A stretch of DNA of 64,000 nucleotides, from NCBI GenBank assembly GCA_031409335.1, contig JANNWY010000278.1, positions 30,220 through 94,219 of the forward strand, read 5' to 3'. Below are positions 27,237 to 35,115 of this stretch, in pieces. The notes beneath the pieces are model-generated. The model was not told the origin of the DNA. It saw only the letters and a list, made by a program, of their open reading frames with translations, and ran no database searches. Both the position numbers and the translations under genes were made by a program. Numbering within the stretch: the stretch's first letter is position 1; every line of letters begins with the position of its first letter. The stretch is from Chthoniobacteraceae bacterium (GTDB lineage Bacteria; Verrucomicrobiota; Verrucomicrobiia; Chthoniobacterales; Chthoniobacteraceae).

Positions 27237-27412
27237 TGGCCGGTGCGCTGGCGGTAGCGGCGCGACTGGTTGGGATCGACCTTCCGCATGCGTTGCAGCA
27301 GGTCTTTGGTGTTCGGCTTGGAAACGTCGGGCGCTTTCGGCCCGTCGCCACCGCCGCCTTCATTCGGGCCCCACGGTGCGGGGCCGACCGGTTTTTGCGT
27401 CCGTTCAGGCAT
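27233..27412 (-). CDS. ubact: UBact, a Pup-like protein modifier (59 aa)
   Basis: Manual translation: MPERTQKPVGPAPWGPNEGGGGDGPKAPDVSKPNTKDLLQRMRKVDPNQSRRYRQRTGQ*. Has the C-terminal R[ST]G[EQ] signature and a GTGA overlap with prcB. Confidence 0.9.
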   Translation of the reverse strand: MPERTQKPVGPAPWGPNEGGGGDGPKAPDVSKPNTKDLLQRMRKVDPNQSRRYRQRTGQ

Positions 27413-27418
27413 GAGCGG

Positions 27419-27446
27419 ACACTACGTTTGACATTTGAAAAGGCAA
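27419..27446 (-). promoter_or_regulatory. Putative leaderless sigma70 promoter of the UBact-proteasome operon
   Basis: TTGCCT-N16-TAGTGT-N6-ATG(27412). Confidence 0.5.
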
Positions 27447-27535
27447 GCGGGTGTGCGGGAAGAAACGATGATTCGGCCGCGCTTCAACTTCTCCGGCGCT
27501 TGCCACTGCGCGCGGAAAGTGAGAGCGTCCAGCGC

Positions 27536-28090
27536 ATGAGTCGAATCACCGCCCTTGTCGTTGGCGCCCTACTTTTTTCACCCCTCACATCGTTTGCGGA
27601 CGAAGCGCAGACTTTGCTGGAAATCCGCGAACTCAAGCAGCTCATGGAGCAGCAGATGAAGCGGATCGACGAGCTGACGGTGGAAGTCGGGCGGCTGCAT
27701 CAGGCAGTGGAGGCGCACAAGGCAGCGATCGCGCCGGGGCCAGCGCCAAAGCGCGAGGTGGGTGCGTATCCGCCTTTCTCCGGACTTACCGACACGCTGA
27801 AGCCCGCACCTTCAAAGGTGGAGGCGCTGCGGGCGGAGCGGGCAGTGAGACCGGAGCCGGCGGCACCGGCAGCGGAAGCGAAAATCGAGGTATCCAGCGG
27901 CGTCAAACATCTCGTTGAGAAAGGTGAGACGTTGACCGGAATCGCGAAGCGATACAACGTGGTGCTGTCGGATCTGCTGAAGGCGAACAAGACCGTGAAC
28001 GATCGCAAATTGCAGATTGGACAAACGCTCACCATTCCCACAACGAATCCTCCCGAAACCCCAGCCTCCGAAAAAAAGGAGAACCCATAA
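27536..28090 (+). CDS. Secreted coiled-coil and LysM domain protein
   Basis: Signal peptide MSRITALVVGALLFSPLTSFA; LysM 'HLVEKGETLTGIAKRYNV..LLKAN..LQIGQTLTIP'. Confidence 0.88.
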   Translation: MSRITALVVGALLFSPLTSFADEAQTLLEIRELKQLMEQQMKRIDELTVEVGRLHQAVEAHKAAIAPGPAPKREVGAYPPFSGLTDTLKPAPSKVEALRAERAVRPEPAAPAAEAKIEVSSGVKHLVEKGETLTGIAKRYNVVLSDLLKANKTVNDRKLQIGQTLTIPTTNPPETPASEKKENP

Positions 28091-28617
28091 TGGAAAACAC
28101 CCAGTCTTGGTATTTGCAGAAATTTAACGACGAAACCCTCTTTGGGCCGATCCCATTCGACCAACTCAAACAGTGGGCGTTTGACGCTCAGATTTCACCG
28201 CTCGACAAAGTCTCCCATGATGGGACGACGTGGGTGAAGGCGCCGATGGTTCCCGATCTGGAGATGGATTACCTCGTCGAGGTGAGCCCGGATCAATACT
28301 ACGGGCCGACGACGTTTGGGGCGATCCGCGAGTTCCTGCAAATGGGGGAAATTCACGCTGATACGGAGGTGACCAACTGCCGCGACGGCACGAAGGCGGC
28401 GCTGAAGGAAATCCCGGAATTGCAGCCCTCGCGTGATGACGATGAGACGATCCTCTCGGTCCCATTGCGGACGAGCATTCGCGTGAATTTGCAGCAGCGT
28501 ATCCGCGAGCTGGAAGAGGCGCTGATGGAAGAACGCCGGGCGCGCGAGACTGCGGAGATCATGATCGACCGGCTCGAAGCGAAGCTGGCGGACATCACCC
28601 GCGCCGCCTCGCGATAA
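28090..28617 (+). CDS. Tandem GYF_2-like domain protein with C-terminal coiled coil
   Basis: Two repeats, 'WY..FGPIPFDQLKQW..I' and 'Y..YYGPTTFGAIREF..GEI'. TAATG overlap with the LysM gene. Confidence 0.6.
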   Translation: MENTQSWYLQKFNDETLFGPIPFDQLKQWAFDAQISPLDKVSHDGTTWVKAPMVPDLEMDYLVEVSPDQYYGPTTFGAIREFLQMGEIHADTEVTNCRDGTKAALKEIPELQPSRDDDETILSVPLRTSIRVNLQQRIRELEEALMEERRARETAEIMIDRLEAKLADITRAASR

Positions 28618-28618
28618 A

Positions 28619-28714
28619 GTAGGCGCGGTTTGCAACCGCGCACCGCGCGCGGCCTTGCGCGCCGAGCTGTCGGTTGGGAATGGCGCTCTGAGCGAGGTTG
28701 CAAACCTCGCTTAC
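28619..28714. repeat. GTAG-type REP inverted doublet (family B)
   Basis: GTAGGCGCGGTTTGCAACCGCGC (28619-28641) and inverted GTAAGCGAGGTTTGCAACCTCGC (28692-28714), between convergent genes. Confidence 0.75.
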
Positions 28715-28717
28715 TTT

Positions 28718-30103
28718 TTACTCCGCGATGAGGCGCTCCACTTCCTCGCAGTAGGTGTGGAACGGATTCGGCATCGCGAGCATTTCCGAGTTTTCGACCG
28801 AGATGGAATCCCAGTTGATGATGTAGGGAAGCTCTCGCGTTTGCAGCAGCTCGACAGCGCGACCCCGCCCGCGCGCGCGGGTAGTTTGCGGGGGAATTTT
28901 CACCGCTTCCGGGAAGCGGACGAGGGCGTTCCATTCGCTGATTCTTTTGGCGGGCGTGAGGGCGTGGAAGAGTCCCCTGGCCGGGTCGATGTTGTGATAT
29001 TCGAGGTCGAGGCTTTGCAGCCAGGGATCATCCCATTCGAGGCATTCCGCTTCGCGAAATGTTTCGAGCAGAAATTTTTTCGAGATCCAATCGACCCCGC
29101 CGATCAGCACCTCCGGGTTGGTGCGCAGCGCTTCGAGCGTGAATCGCCAGCTTTCCAAAATCCAATCCGTCTCCTCGTCGCGTCCAGACAGATGAAGCGT
29201 GGCGTGGGCGAGGAATTCATCCTGAATGTCGAGCGCATCGCGGGTGCGGCCATTTTCCAGCGAAACGGCGCAAGACGCGGCACCGCCATGCGAAATCTGC
29301 CGCGTGGCGACGACGGCGTCTTCGAGGATGACATTCCCCGGCAGGCGGCCCTCTTCCAGTAAAGTGAGGACGCACGCGGTGGTGCCGACCTTCAGCGCGG
29401 TGGCAAACGGGCTGATGTTCGAGTCGCCGATGAGCAGATGCAGCCGCCGGTATTTGCGATGATCCGCGAGCGGTTCGTCACGCGCGTTGATGATCGCGCG
29501 GTTGAACTGCACCCATTGGTAGATGTCGTTCACGATGTAATCCGCGCGCTGGCTGATCTGGAAGGGAACGGGCGACCACGCCTCCGTTTCATCCAGCCCG
29601 AACGCCACCGAGTTTGCCTGGCCGACGCGGCCCGCTCCGGTGAAAATCTGCCGCGTCGCGAGAAAGGAAAGCAGCGTGCCGACGACCGGCGGGTTGAACT
29701 GCATGTCGCGAGTCATCAGGTAATTTTCATGGCACCCGAATGTCGCGCCGGTGTGATGATCAATGTTGTTTTTTACAAATGCGACCTGCTCGCCGATCCC
29801 CATTTGCTCGACCGACTGCTGGACGAGGAGGTCGCCCGCGAGGTCATACGCGACGATGTCCCTGAGCGTGCGGCATTCCGGCGACGAGTATTCGAGATGT
29901 CCCATGTCGAGGTAAAGCCGTCCGCCATTCAGCAAAAAACCGCCATTGCCCGGCGGTTCCTCGTAGTCGCGATAGTGCAGGTCGAAAGCGCCCGCGCGCG
30001 CTTTCTTGAACGCGTGGTTTTTCACCCGCGCCGGCCACGCATCGGACGGCTCGCCCGAGACCAGGCAGCCGTATTCCGTTTCGATGCCGACGACGCGGTT
30101 CAC
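28718..30103 (-). CDS. pafA: PafA/Dop-family protein, most like the Pup/UBact ligase PafA
   Basis: 'GIETEYG', 'NGGRLYLD.GH.EY', 'GCHENYL', 'ISQRAD', 'IINARDEPLAD..YRRLHLLIGDSN', 'LKVGTT', 'DLEYH'. GTG at 30103 chosen. Confidence 0.8.
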   Translation of the reverse strand: MNRVVGIETEYGCLVSGEPSDAWPARVKNHAFKKARAGAFDLHYRDYEEPPGNGGFLLNGGRLYLDMGHLEYSSPECRTLRDIVAYDLAGDLLVQQSVEQMGIGEQVAFVKNNIDHHTGATFGCHENYLMTRDMQFNPPVVGTLLSFLATRQIFTGAGRVGQANSVAFGLDETEAWSPVPFQISQRADYIVNDIYQWVQFNRAIINARDEPLADHRKYRRLHLLIGDSNISPFATALKVGTTACVLTLLEEGRLPGNVILEDAVVATRQISHGGAASCAVSLENGRTRDALDIQDEFLAHATLHLSGRDEETDWILESWRFTLEALRTNPEVLIGGVDWISKKFLLETFREAECLEWDDPWLQSLDLEYHNIDPARGLFHALTPAKRISEWNALVRFPEAVKIPPQTTRARGRGRAVELLQTRELPYIINWDSISVENSEMLAMPNPFHTYCEEVERLIAE

Positions 30104-30212
30104 GGAAAGTTGAGACTTGCGGGTTGAGTGTGGAGTGGCGTTTTCACGGACCTTTGAAGTCGGCGCGGAAATCGGTGGCAAGGCTGCGCGACTGACGCGC
30201 GCCACTCAACAC

Positions 30213-30920
30213 TCAACCTTCCGAAAAATACAGAATGCGCCCGCACTGCTCGCAATGGACGACTTCGCGCCGCCCTTTCACGCGCACGGCGGTTTGCGTG
30301 GTCAGCTTCATGTGGCAGCCCATGCAGACTTCGTGTTCGAGCGCGACCACGGCGTTGTCGCCTTTGCTGGCAAAAAGGTGGTCGTAAGTATCGAGCAAAT
30401 CTTCATCGATGCCGGTCGCCAGCTTGGTGCGATCCGTCTCGATCTGCGCGAGCTGCGTCTCGATCGTGGCGGTCTTTGCGTCGAGATTTGCGAGCTGCTG
30501 CTGCACCTGCGCCTTCACCGTCGTGTTCTCTTTTTCCGCATCGGCGATCGTCGCCTTCATCTTCTCCGCGCTGTCCATCAGATCGAGTTCGCGATCTTCG
30601 ACCAGCCGGATCTCGTCCTCGAATCGTTTGATCTCGTTCGACAGCGCCTGAAATTCCTCGTTCTTCCGTGTCTGAAATTTCTGCGCATTATACTTCGCGA
30701 TCTGGTCGCGCTTTGACTGCGCCTCATTCTCCAGCTTCTTGCGCTCCACTTCGATTTCCCTGCCTTTGAGCTTCACCGTGTCGAGCTGCTGCTGCGCGGC
30801 GGCCAGCCGGGCATCGAGATCTTTGCGCTGCGTCGGAGCGAGTTTTATTTCGTGCTTCAAGGCCCGGATTTTTCGGTCCCGGTCTTGAAGTGTGAGCAAC
30901 TGTTCGATCTCCTGAAGCAT
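30213..30920 (-). CDS. Coiled-coil protein with C-terminal C4-type zinc ribbon (DUF164-like)
   Basis: 'LLTLQDRD', a long coiled coil, 'CMGCHM...CEQCGRIL'. ATG at 30920. Confidence 0.88.
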   Translation of the reverse strand: MLQEIEQLLTLQDRDRKIRALKHEIKLAPTQRKDLDARLAAAQQQLDTVKLKGREIEVERKKLENEAQSKRDQIAKYNAQKFQTRKNEEFQALSNEIKRFEDEIRLVEDRELDLMDSAEKMKATIADAEKENTTVKAQVQQQLANLDAKTATIETQLAQIETDRTKLATGIDEDLLDTYDHLFASKGDNAVVALEHEVCMGCHMKLTTQTAVRVKGRREVVHCEQCGRILYFSEG

Positions 30921-30927
30921 GTCGCGC

Positions 30928-30956
30928 AGATTGCGCGAAGCACCGCGAGCCGTCAA
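30928..30956 (-). promoter_or_regulatory. Putative leaderless sigma70 promoter
   Basis: TTGACG-N17-CAATCT-N7-ATG(30920). Confidence 0.5.
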
Positions 30957-30998
30957 CCGGCGTTGCGCGCGCCGATTCACCTCCCTACCAACCCAGCC

Positions 30999-31934
30999 AT
31001 GAAACTCGGTTTCGTCTCCGCAATTCTCGCCGAATTTTCCCTCGCCGAAGTGCTCGCATTCGCTGCGGCGGAGCGATTCGCGACGGTCGAGCTGATGGCC
31101 TGGCCGGTGGGAAAAGTGGAGCGCAAATTCGCGGGCGTCACGCATGTGGACGCGACGGATTTCACGCAGGCAACCGCGGATGCTGTGCTGGCCGCAATTC
31201 GCCAGCATGGCGTGAGCGTCAGCGCCCTCGGCTACTATCCAAACGTGCTCGATCCCGACCCATCCACCTCGGCGCACTGCATCGCGCATTTGAAAAAGGT
31301 GATCGCCGCCGCGCCAATGCTGGGCCTCGCGAATGTGAACACGTTCGTCGGACGGGACTGGACGAAAAGCGTGGACGAAAACTGGCCGCGCTTTTTGGAA
31401 ATCTGGAAGCCGCTGATCGCCTTCGCGGAAGATCACGGCGTGCGCGTCGGAATCGAAAACTGTCCGATGTTTTTCACCGGCGACGAATGGCCGGGCGGTA
31501 AAAACCTCGCGACCTCGCCGGCGATCTGGCGGCGCATGTTCGAAGATATTCCGTCCGCAAATTTTGGCCTGAATTACGATCCGTCGCATTTCGCGTTGCT
31601 GTTCATGGACCCCGTCTCGCCGCTGCGCGAGTTTGCCGGAAAGATTTTTCACCTTCACGCGAAGGACGTGAAGATTCAGCGCGATCGCCTGAATGATGTC
31701 GGCGCATTCGCGGAGCCGCTGAAGTGGCATCAGCCGCGCATCCCCGGCTTCGGCGAAATCGACTGGCCGCGCTTCATGGCGGCGCTGATGGAGACCGGCT
31801 ACGACGGCCCCGTGTGCATCGAAGTCGAGGATGACACGTTCGGCAAAACCCTCGAAGGCCGGCAGCGTGCGCTGAAAGTCGCCCGCAACATTCTCAGCCC
31901 ATTTTTTGAAAGCCACCATCCGCACCACCCATGA
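30999..31934 (+). CDS. Sugar phosphate isomerase/epimerase (xylose-isomerase-like TIM barrel)
   Basis: 'GIENCPM', 'LNYDPSH', 'HLHAKD', 'PGFGEIDW', 'CIEVED'. ATG at 30999. Confidence 0.88.
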   Translation: MKLGFVSAILAEFSLAEVLAFAAAERFATVELMAWPVGKVERKFAGVTHVDATDFTQATADAVLAAIRQHGVSVSALGYYPNVLDPDPSTSAHCIAHLKKVIAAAPMLGLANVNTFVGRDWTKSVDENWPRFLEIWKPLIAFAEDHGVRVGIENCPMFFTGDEWPGGKNLATSPAIWRRMFEDIPSANFGLNYDPSHFALLFMDPVSPLREFAGKIFHLHAKDVKIQRDRLNDVGAFAEPLKWHQPRIPGFGEIDWPRFMAALMETGYDGPVCIEVEDDTFGKTLEGRQRALKVARNILSPFFESHHPHHP

Positions 31935-32713
31935 AATACCGCTACGAAGAACTCGCCAAAATGATCGACCACTCGCTCCTGCATCCGACGATGACGGATC
32001 GCGACCTCGAGGAGGGCTGCCGCCTGGCCGCAAAATATGAAGTGGCTTCGGTCTGCATCAAACCTTACGCGGTGAAACGCGCCGCCGAACTGCTCGCGGG
32101 CAGCGGCGTGTTTGTCGGCGCGGTCATCGGATTTCCGCACGGAAATTCCTGCACCGAATCGAAGCGCTACGAAACGGAACTCGCCTGCCGCGACGGCGCT
32201 GTGGAGATCGACATGGTCATCAATCACGGCAAGGCGCTGGGTGGCGATTGGGAATACGTGGAGCGCGACGTGCAGGCCGTGTGCGACGAAGCGCACGCGC
32301 GCGGCGCGAAGGTGAAAGTGATTTTTGAAAACGACTATCTCAAAGCGGGCGGCGCGGGTTTGAGCAGCGACGATTTTAAGAAAAGACTCTGCGAAATCTC
32401 CGAGCGGGCCGGAGCCGACTGGGTGAAAACCTCGAGCGGCTACGGCTTCGTGAAACAGCCCGACGGCAGCTACAACTACAAAGGCGCGACCGAGCACGAC
32501 CTCGCGCTGATGCGCGCCAGCGTCTCCGCGAAAGTGCAGGTGAAAGCGGCCGGCGGCGTGCGCGACCTCAATGGCCTCATCAAAGTCCGCGACCTCGGCG
32601 CGACTCGCTGCGGAGCCACGGCGACCGCCGCGATGATGGATGAATATCGGCGGCGTGAAGCTGCCGCGGAAAATATCGGGAACGCCGGAACGCTCGGCGC
32701 GGGCGGATACTGA
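31931..32713 (+). CDS. deoC: Deoxyribose-phosphate aldolase-like protein (short type)
   Basis: 'IDHSLLHP', 'VIGFPHG', 'EIDMVIN', 'KVIFE', 'VKTSSG', 'VKAAGGVR'. ATGA overlap with the isomerase gene. Confidence 0.85.
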   Translation: MKYRYEELAKMIDHSLLHPTMTDRDLEEGCRLAAKYEVASVCIKPYAVKRAAELLAGSGVFVGAVIGFPHGNSCTESKRYETELACRDGAVEIDMVINHGKALGGDWEYVERDVQAVCDEAHARGAKVKVIFENDYLKAGGAGLSSDDFKKRLCEISERAGADWVKTSSGYGFVKQPDGSYNYKGATEHDLALMRASVSAKVQVKAAGGVRDLNGLIKVRDLGATRCGATATAAMMDEYRRREAAAENIGNAGTLGAGGY

Positions 32714-32719
32714 CGCCGC

Positions 32720-33577
32720 TCAGTAAAGCATCGTCTCTTCCGGCGGGCCGGACTTCTCGATCTTCGTTGCCTTGAGTACGGCGGTGCGGCGTCCGTTTTC
32801 CGTGGGGAAAGTCGCGGTGCCGGTGATTTTAATCCACGTCATTTCCGGAAAGTCTGGCAGCGTTTCCACCTCCACCAAGGTCGCCACCGGGCGCGCATCC
32901 GCAGCGCAGCAAGTCATGAACATGCGCACGGCCTTGAAGCGTTTGCCGCCGGCATCGGTCGTCTTGTCGGGCATGAGTTGGCCGACGAGTTCGACCGTCT
33001 TTCCCTCGAAATCTCCGCGCAGCGTGGTGTCCTGCGCGGCGTAAAGCAGATCGAGCACTTCGGCCAGGATGTGGCCCTCGGGCGTGCGCTGGAGGTAATC
33101 GCCGGGTGACGGCTCGGGCTTGGCATCGGCCGCGGGCGGAGTCGATTCGGCATTGGAAGGAAGCGGGCTCTCGACCGGCTTGCTGACCATCTCCCGCGTT
33201 GGCGCGAGACCGAGCGCGCTCGCATCAGTGATGATCCCGCGGTTCTCGATCGCGGCCTTTCCAAAACCATCCGGCGAGAAATACGCGGACACGGTAATCG
33301 GCAGCAGCAGGATGAGGAACGTGAGGATTTTCCCCGCGGCCATGCGCGAGAGCGGATGGCCGCACTCGGCGTCCTTGCAGCATTCCGCGTCGGCGGATTG
33401 GAAAAGAAACAGCGCCGCCATCGCGCCGAGCACCACGCCGGCGATGACCACGTACGGGCGAAACATCGGGATCAGAAACGAGGAGATGCGCCCGCTGAAG
33501 TAGAAATACAGCAGCACGGAACTCCACGCTGCAAGCGTGGCGCACGGAAGCCAGCGGGAGAAAAGTTTGGTCGTCAT
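32720..33577 (-). CDS. DUF1980/TIGR03943-like membrane protein
   Basis: Three N-terminal TM segments with a Cys/His loop; C-terminal 'GKTVELVG..RMFMTCCAADARP..WIKITG'. Confidence 0.8.
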   Translation of the reverse strand: MTTKLFSRWLPCATLAAWSSVLLYFYFSGRISSFLIPMFRPYVVIAGVVLGAMAALFLFQSADAECCKDAECGHPLSRMAAGKILTFLILLLPITVSAYFSPDGFGKAAIENRGIITDASALGLAPTREMVSKPVESPLPSNAESTPPAADAKPEPSPGDYLQRTPEGHILAEVLDLLYAAQDTTLRGDFEGKTVELVGQLMPDKTTDAGGKRFKAVRMFMTCCAADARPVATLVEVETLPDFPEMTWIKITGTATFPTENGRRTAVLKATKIEKSGPPEETMLY

Positions 33578-33675
33578 GGCGAGCGCAGGGTAAGCGCCGG
33601 AGTGCGCGTGGACAATTGGAACATTCGGATTTTGAAACCACGAAGGACACGAAGACCGGACGATTTGTTTCGTGA

Positions 33676-33759
33676 CGCCGCAGGCTCTGGGACTGCTGTG
33701 ATTCCTTCACAGCTTTCGAGAGCTGCGGAGGAACCGCAGCAGTCCCAGAGCCTTCGGCG
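33676..33759. repeat. REP-like inverted doublet (family A), second copy
   Basis: cgccgcaggctctgggactgctgtgattccttcacagct ... agctgcggaggaaccgcagcagtcccagagccttcggcg; homologous to 3491-3592. Confidence 0.8.
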
Positions 33760-33826
33760 GCGCGGGGCGGGTGGTTTATCCGGTATCGCGATCCCCGTGG
33801 TCCGTGGTATTCGCGGTGAGTTGCTC

Positions 33827-35104
33827 ATGTTCAAAAACACCATCCTCGCAGCTCTCCTCGCCATCTCGGCAGCGTTCGCCGAACCCAATGCCGAGCCGTA
33901 TCCGAATCCGCCGAGCAAGAAAGGCCTGCAAGTGCAGATGGTCGATGACGCCCTCGTGCTCGGCATCAAACACGCCGCGTTGAACTGCCATCTCGCGAGC
34001 CTCGTCGATCTCGCACCGCAGCCCGACAGCTTGAAGTGGTCGCTGGATGGACAGGATTACTTTTTCAAAAAGCGCCGGGTGGAAAATCTCGACGCCAGCG
34101 TGAAGCCGCTCTCCGACGCGGGCGTGCTCGTGAGCCTGATCCTGCTGAATTACGAAAACCGCAACGAACCGCTCGACGCGATCTTCATGCACCCGAACTA
34201 CGATCGCGCCGCGAAGACGAATCGCATGGGCGCGTTCAATACGGTGACGCCGGAAGGTGTGCGGTATTTTCGCGCGGTCGTCGCGTTTCTCGCCGGGCGC
34301 TACAGCGCGGCAGGCTCGGCGCATGGGCGCGTGTGGAATTACATCGTCGGCAACGAAGTGAACTCGCACTGGTGGTGGAACAATCAGGGGCGCGCGACGA
34401 CGGAGGAAGTCGCCTCCGACTACGAGCGCGCGGTGCGGCTCGTCCACGATGCGGTGCGGGTTTCGTCGGAAAATGCGCGCGTGTTCCTCTCGTTCGAGCA
34501 TCACTGGGGAATCCGCTATCCGCCCGGCGCGCCCGATCAATCCAGCCCCGGACGCGATCTGCTCGCGCACTTCGCGCGCTTCGCCCGCGAGCGCGGCGAC
34601 TTTGGCTGGCACCTCGCCTTTCACCCGTATCCCGAAGACCTCGGCGAGCCGATTTTCTGGCGCGACAAATCCGCGACGCCTGCCGACGACTCACCACGGA
34701 TCACTTTCAAAAACCTCGAAATCCTGACGCGCCACCTGCAAAAGCCTGAGCTGCTTTTTGCCGGAAAAGCTCGCCGCGTTATCCTTTCCGAGCAGGGATT
34801 CCACTGCCCCGATCGGCCCGAGGGCGAGCGCGATCAGGCCGCCGCGTATTGCGCTGCGTATTGGAAAGTGGCGCATCTCGATGGCATCGACTCGTTCATC
34901 CTGCATCGCCACGTCGATCACGCGCACGAAGGTCTGAACCTCGGCCTCTGGACCCACAAACCCGGCACGGTTTCCACGCCCGATCGTCACCGGAAAATGT
35001 ACGAAGTCTTCCGCGCCGCCGACACGCCCGAATGGGAAGCCACGTTCCGTTTCGCCCTGCCCGTCATCGGCATCGAGAAGTGGGAAGAGCTGCTACCGAA
35101 GTAG
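33827..35104 (+). CDS. Secreted DUF5722-like (clan GH-A-like) protein
   Basis: Signal peptide MFKNTILAALLAISAAFA; 'SKKGLQ', 'IVGNEVN', 'AFHPYP', 'ILSEQG', 'HRHVDH'. Confidence 0.75.
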   Translation: MFKNTILAALLAISAAFAEPNAEPYPNPPSKKGLQVQMVDDALVLGIKHAALNCHLASLVDLAPQPDSLKWSLDGQDYFFKKRRVENLDASVKPLSDAGVLVSLILLNYENRNEPLDAIFMHPNYDRAAKTNRMGAFNTVTPEGVRYFRAVVAFLAGRYSAAGSAHGRVWNYIVGNEVNSHWWWNNQGRATTEEVASDYERAVRLVHDAVRVSSENARVFLSFEHHWGIRYPPGAPDQSSPGRDLLAHFARFARERGDFGWHLAFHPYPEDLGEPIFWRDKSATPADDSPRITFKNLEILTRHLQKPELLFAGKARRVILSEQGFHCPDRPEGERDQAAAYCAAYWKVAHLDGIDSFILHRHVDHAHEGLNLGLWTHKPGTVSTPDRHRKMYEVFRAADTPEWEATFRFALPVIGIEKWEELLPK

Positions 35105-35115
35105 TCCGCAACCTT

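Noticed and set aside
30921..32033. N-terminal extension making the zinc-ribbon protein 606 aa
   Set aside because: The extension is antisense to the isomerase gene. ATG 30920 has its own promoter-like motif and gives a typical family length.
33635..33820. Short motifs aaccacgaaggacacgaag and ccgtggtccgtggt flanking the REP doublet
   Set aside because: Possibly a decayed second repeat family, but too short and degenerate to support from one instance.
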